Below, in pieces: positions 61,733 through 64,000 of a DNA stretch of 64,000 nucleotides. How positions within the stretch are numbered: position 1 is the first letter of the stretch; each line of letters opens with the position of its first letter. Source of the stretch: Squalus acanthias. Its lineage: Eukaryota. The DNA lies in the NCBI GenBank assembly GCA_030390025.1, contig CM059432.1, positions 29,390,001 to 29,454,000 on the forward strand, read 5' to 3'. A program made the translations under genes and the position numbers. The notes beneath the pieces were generated by a model, which saw nothing but the letters and a program-made list of their open reading frames with translations, was not told the origin of the DNA and made no database searches.

Positions 61733-61992
61733 ATGTGATTTGTGCACGCACAGTTGGAAACTCTACATTGAAGCAACTTGCAATGGTGTGCATGTAGCTC
61801 TACCAGGTTGCATTTGTGATTTTGCAGTCCGATCGGACTCTCTCTCTCCCCTCCTTCAGTGGAAGGATTGTGGAAACTGCTTTGTTGGCTTTTACATTTG
61901 GACTGAGAGGTCAGCCGACCCACGTACCACTGCCAGCAATTTCACCACCTCTGGCACCCAACAGTTACAGGCACCCTGGGAAAGCCCTCCGA

Positions 61993-62448
61993 AAGAAAGA
62001 ACTAACTTGTATTTATATAGTGGCTTTCGCAAGCCTCAGGACGCCCCAAAGCACTTTGCAACCAATGAAGTACTTTTACAGAAGTGTAGTCCCTGTTGTA
62101 ATATAGAAAATGCAGCAGTGAATTTGCCCAGAGCAAGGTCCCACAAACAACAATGAGATAAATGATCAGATAATCTGTTTTAGTGGTGTTGGCTAAGGGA
62201 TAAATATTGGCCAGGGCACTGGGGAGAATTCCCTTGCTCGTCGTCAAAATAATGCAATGGGATCATTTAAGTCCACCTGAGAGGGCAGATGGGGCCTCGG
62301 TTTAGTGACTCATTTGAAAGATAGCACCTCCAATGGTGTAGCACTCCCTCAGTACTGCACTGGAGTGTAAGCCTAGATCTAATGCTCTGGAGTGGGATTT
62401 GAACCCACAACCTTCTGCCTCAGAGGCGAAAGTGCTGCCACTGAACCA
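61993..62448 (-). mobile_element. Deu-domain SINE
   Basis: Colinear with 61003-61478. Confidence 0.8.
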
Positions 62449-62616
62449 GAAGCACTTCCGGACGCCATTGGAGGGCTTAATGAAACTCTCAGGACTGTTA
62501 TAGTAAATCTGTCCTGGGACATCACATCCTACCACAGCAGGAATTTAGAAACACATCGAGGGCCATCCTGACAGGAATTCACACTGGCTCCCGAGTTTAC
62601 CTTGCTGAAACAACAA

Positions 62617-62936
62617 GGGCAACACAGTGGCATAGTGGTTAGCACTGTTGCCTCACAGCGCCAGGGACCCGGGTTCGAATCCGGCCTCAGGTGACTGTCT
62701 GCGTGGAGTTTGCACATTCTCCCCGTGTCTGCGTGGGTTTCCTCCGGGTGCTCCGGTTTCCTCCCACAGTCCAAAGATGTGCAGGGTTAGGTTGATTTGG
62801 CTATGATAAATTGACCCTTAGTGATAGGGGGATTTAATACGTGGGGTTACAGGGATAGGGTGGGATATGTGTCGGTGCAGGCTCGATGGGCCGAAATGGC
62901 CTCTATCTGCACTGTGGGGATTCTGTGATTCTGTGA
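62617..62936 (+). mobile_element. HE1-type SINE (tRNA head, V-domain, CR1-like tail)
   Basis: A/B boxes (tggcatagtgg, ggttcgaatcc); V-core ggagtttgcacattctccccgtgtctgcgtgggtttcctccgggtgctccggtttcctcccaca; tail gatgggccgaaatggcct...gattctgtgattctgtga. Confidence 0.9.
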
Positions 62937-63744
62937 AACCAGTGGCCTTAATCCAATGACACACTCATCAGTTTTCTGAACCTTGGCTTATTTACACTTC
63001 GGAGCGCAACTGATGGCAGGAGATCTGCAGACCTGCCACCAATTACACTCCAATAGTGTAAAAATGCACCTTTATGCGTGCCACTCATTTGCCTCTTTCA
63101 AGGTTGAAAAACTCAAGTACCTGTCTTGAAATCCATGTCCCTCAGATGAAAGGATACCATCTGGCCCACTGCATCATCCAATCCCTCTGTACTGTTGATT
63201 TTTGAACCTTTTTATTTCAAGCGGCACTGTCTTCCTAAAATTTGTTGTTTCTTTTGGGAAATAAAAAGAGATGAACACTAAAATTAGCCTCAGCATCCCT
63301 GTGCAGGGGCAGGGGAGAAATCAGGTGGGTCCAGCCAGTGAGTGTGCACGTGTGCATGGGCAGATGAGGACAGGAACGTGCTCAGTTATAATTCTCTCCA
63401 CAGTCAAATAGCCTGCCAACGCTCATTGTTGGACTCCCGCATGAAGAATAGGCAGTTGGTGGAAGTATCGGAGGGGCCCGTGGAACTGTACCCGAGCACG
63501 GATAAGTGACACCTTTAGGGGAGGAAGGGAGAAACTTGAGAAAAAAAATTAACACATTGAACCTAAAACTTGCTGAATTGTAGTATGTTCAAGATCTTGG
63601 CTTCTCCTCTGATGTAATCCAATTAATGAGACCACAGCAATGACCTCACCCTTCCAAAATATTTTTGGATAATTTTCATCAATATTAAGGACGTTGATAA
63701 TAAGATGCCCTGCATCAGTACTGCTGGGTCAAGATGAGGCTACA

Positions 63745-63900
63745 GTGTGTTTTGTGGTAGGTGTGACCTATACAAAAGGGACGGTCTACACCTGTGCAAA
63801 GATGGAACTGATGTTCTCGGGGTAATTTTTGATAAAGCAGTTCGGGAGCATTTAAACTAGTATGGCAGGGGGCTAGAAACCTATGTAGTGAAATAGAGGA
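63745..63900 (+). mobile_element. CR1 ORF1 (SGNH esterase) C-terminus and ORF1/ORF2 junction
   Basis: GRCDLYKRDGLHLCKDGTDVLG...VREHLN* followed by tttaaactagtatggcagggg. Confidence 0.7.
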
Positions 63901-64000
63901 AAGTGAAAGGCAGACAGAAATAAATGGTAAAAGGGTGAGGAACAAAAAACAAAGGGCCAAACTAATTCATAAAAAATGTGAGCATAAAAAAAGCCTGAGG

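Noticed and set aside
62617..62690. tRNA-like A/B boxes
   Set aside because: SINE head that continues into the V-domain; not a tRNA gene

Overview
Repeat-dense eukaryotic intergenic or intronic DNA, most likely from a shark or other cartilaginous fish (HE1 SINE, Deu-domain SINEs and abundant HER1-type CR1 LINEs). I could not identify a host protein-coding exon. Main contents: (1) a near-complete GC-rich Gypsy LTR retrotransposon with CsRn1-clade signatures (28733-33065, minus strand); (2) several PIF/Harbinger deletion derivatives that keep Myb-like gene parts but only the ends of the transposase (35221-38386, 20513-21766, 16319-18673, 48637-50323), plus many GG-terminated MITEs with 3-bp target duplications; (3) a Penelope GIY-YIG fragment with hammerhead-ribozyme motifs (19323-20043); (4) a ~1 kb solo-LTR-like insert; (5) many CR1 and L2 LINE fragments, SINEs and degenerate minisatellites, often nested. 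Boundaries of degraded repeats are approximate, and family names come from recognition by eye, not a database search.
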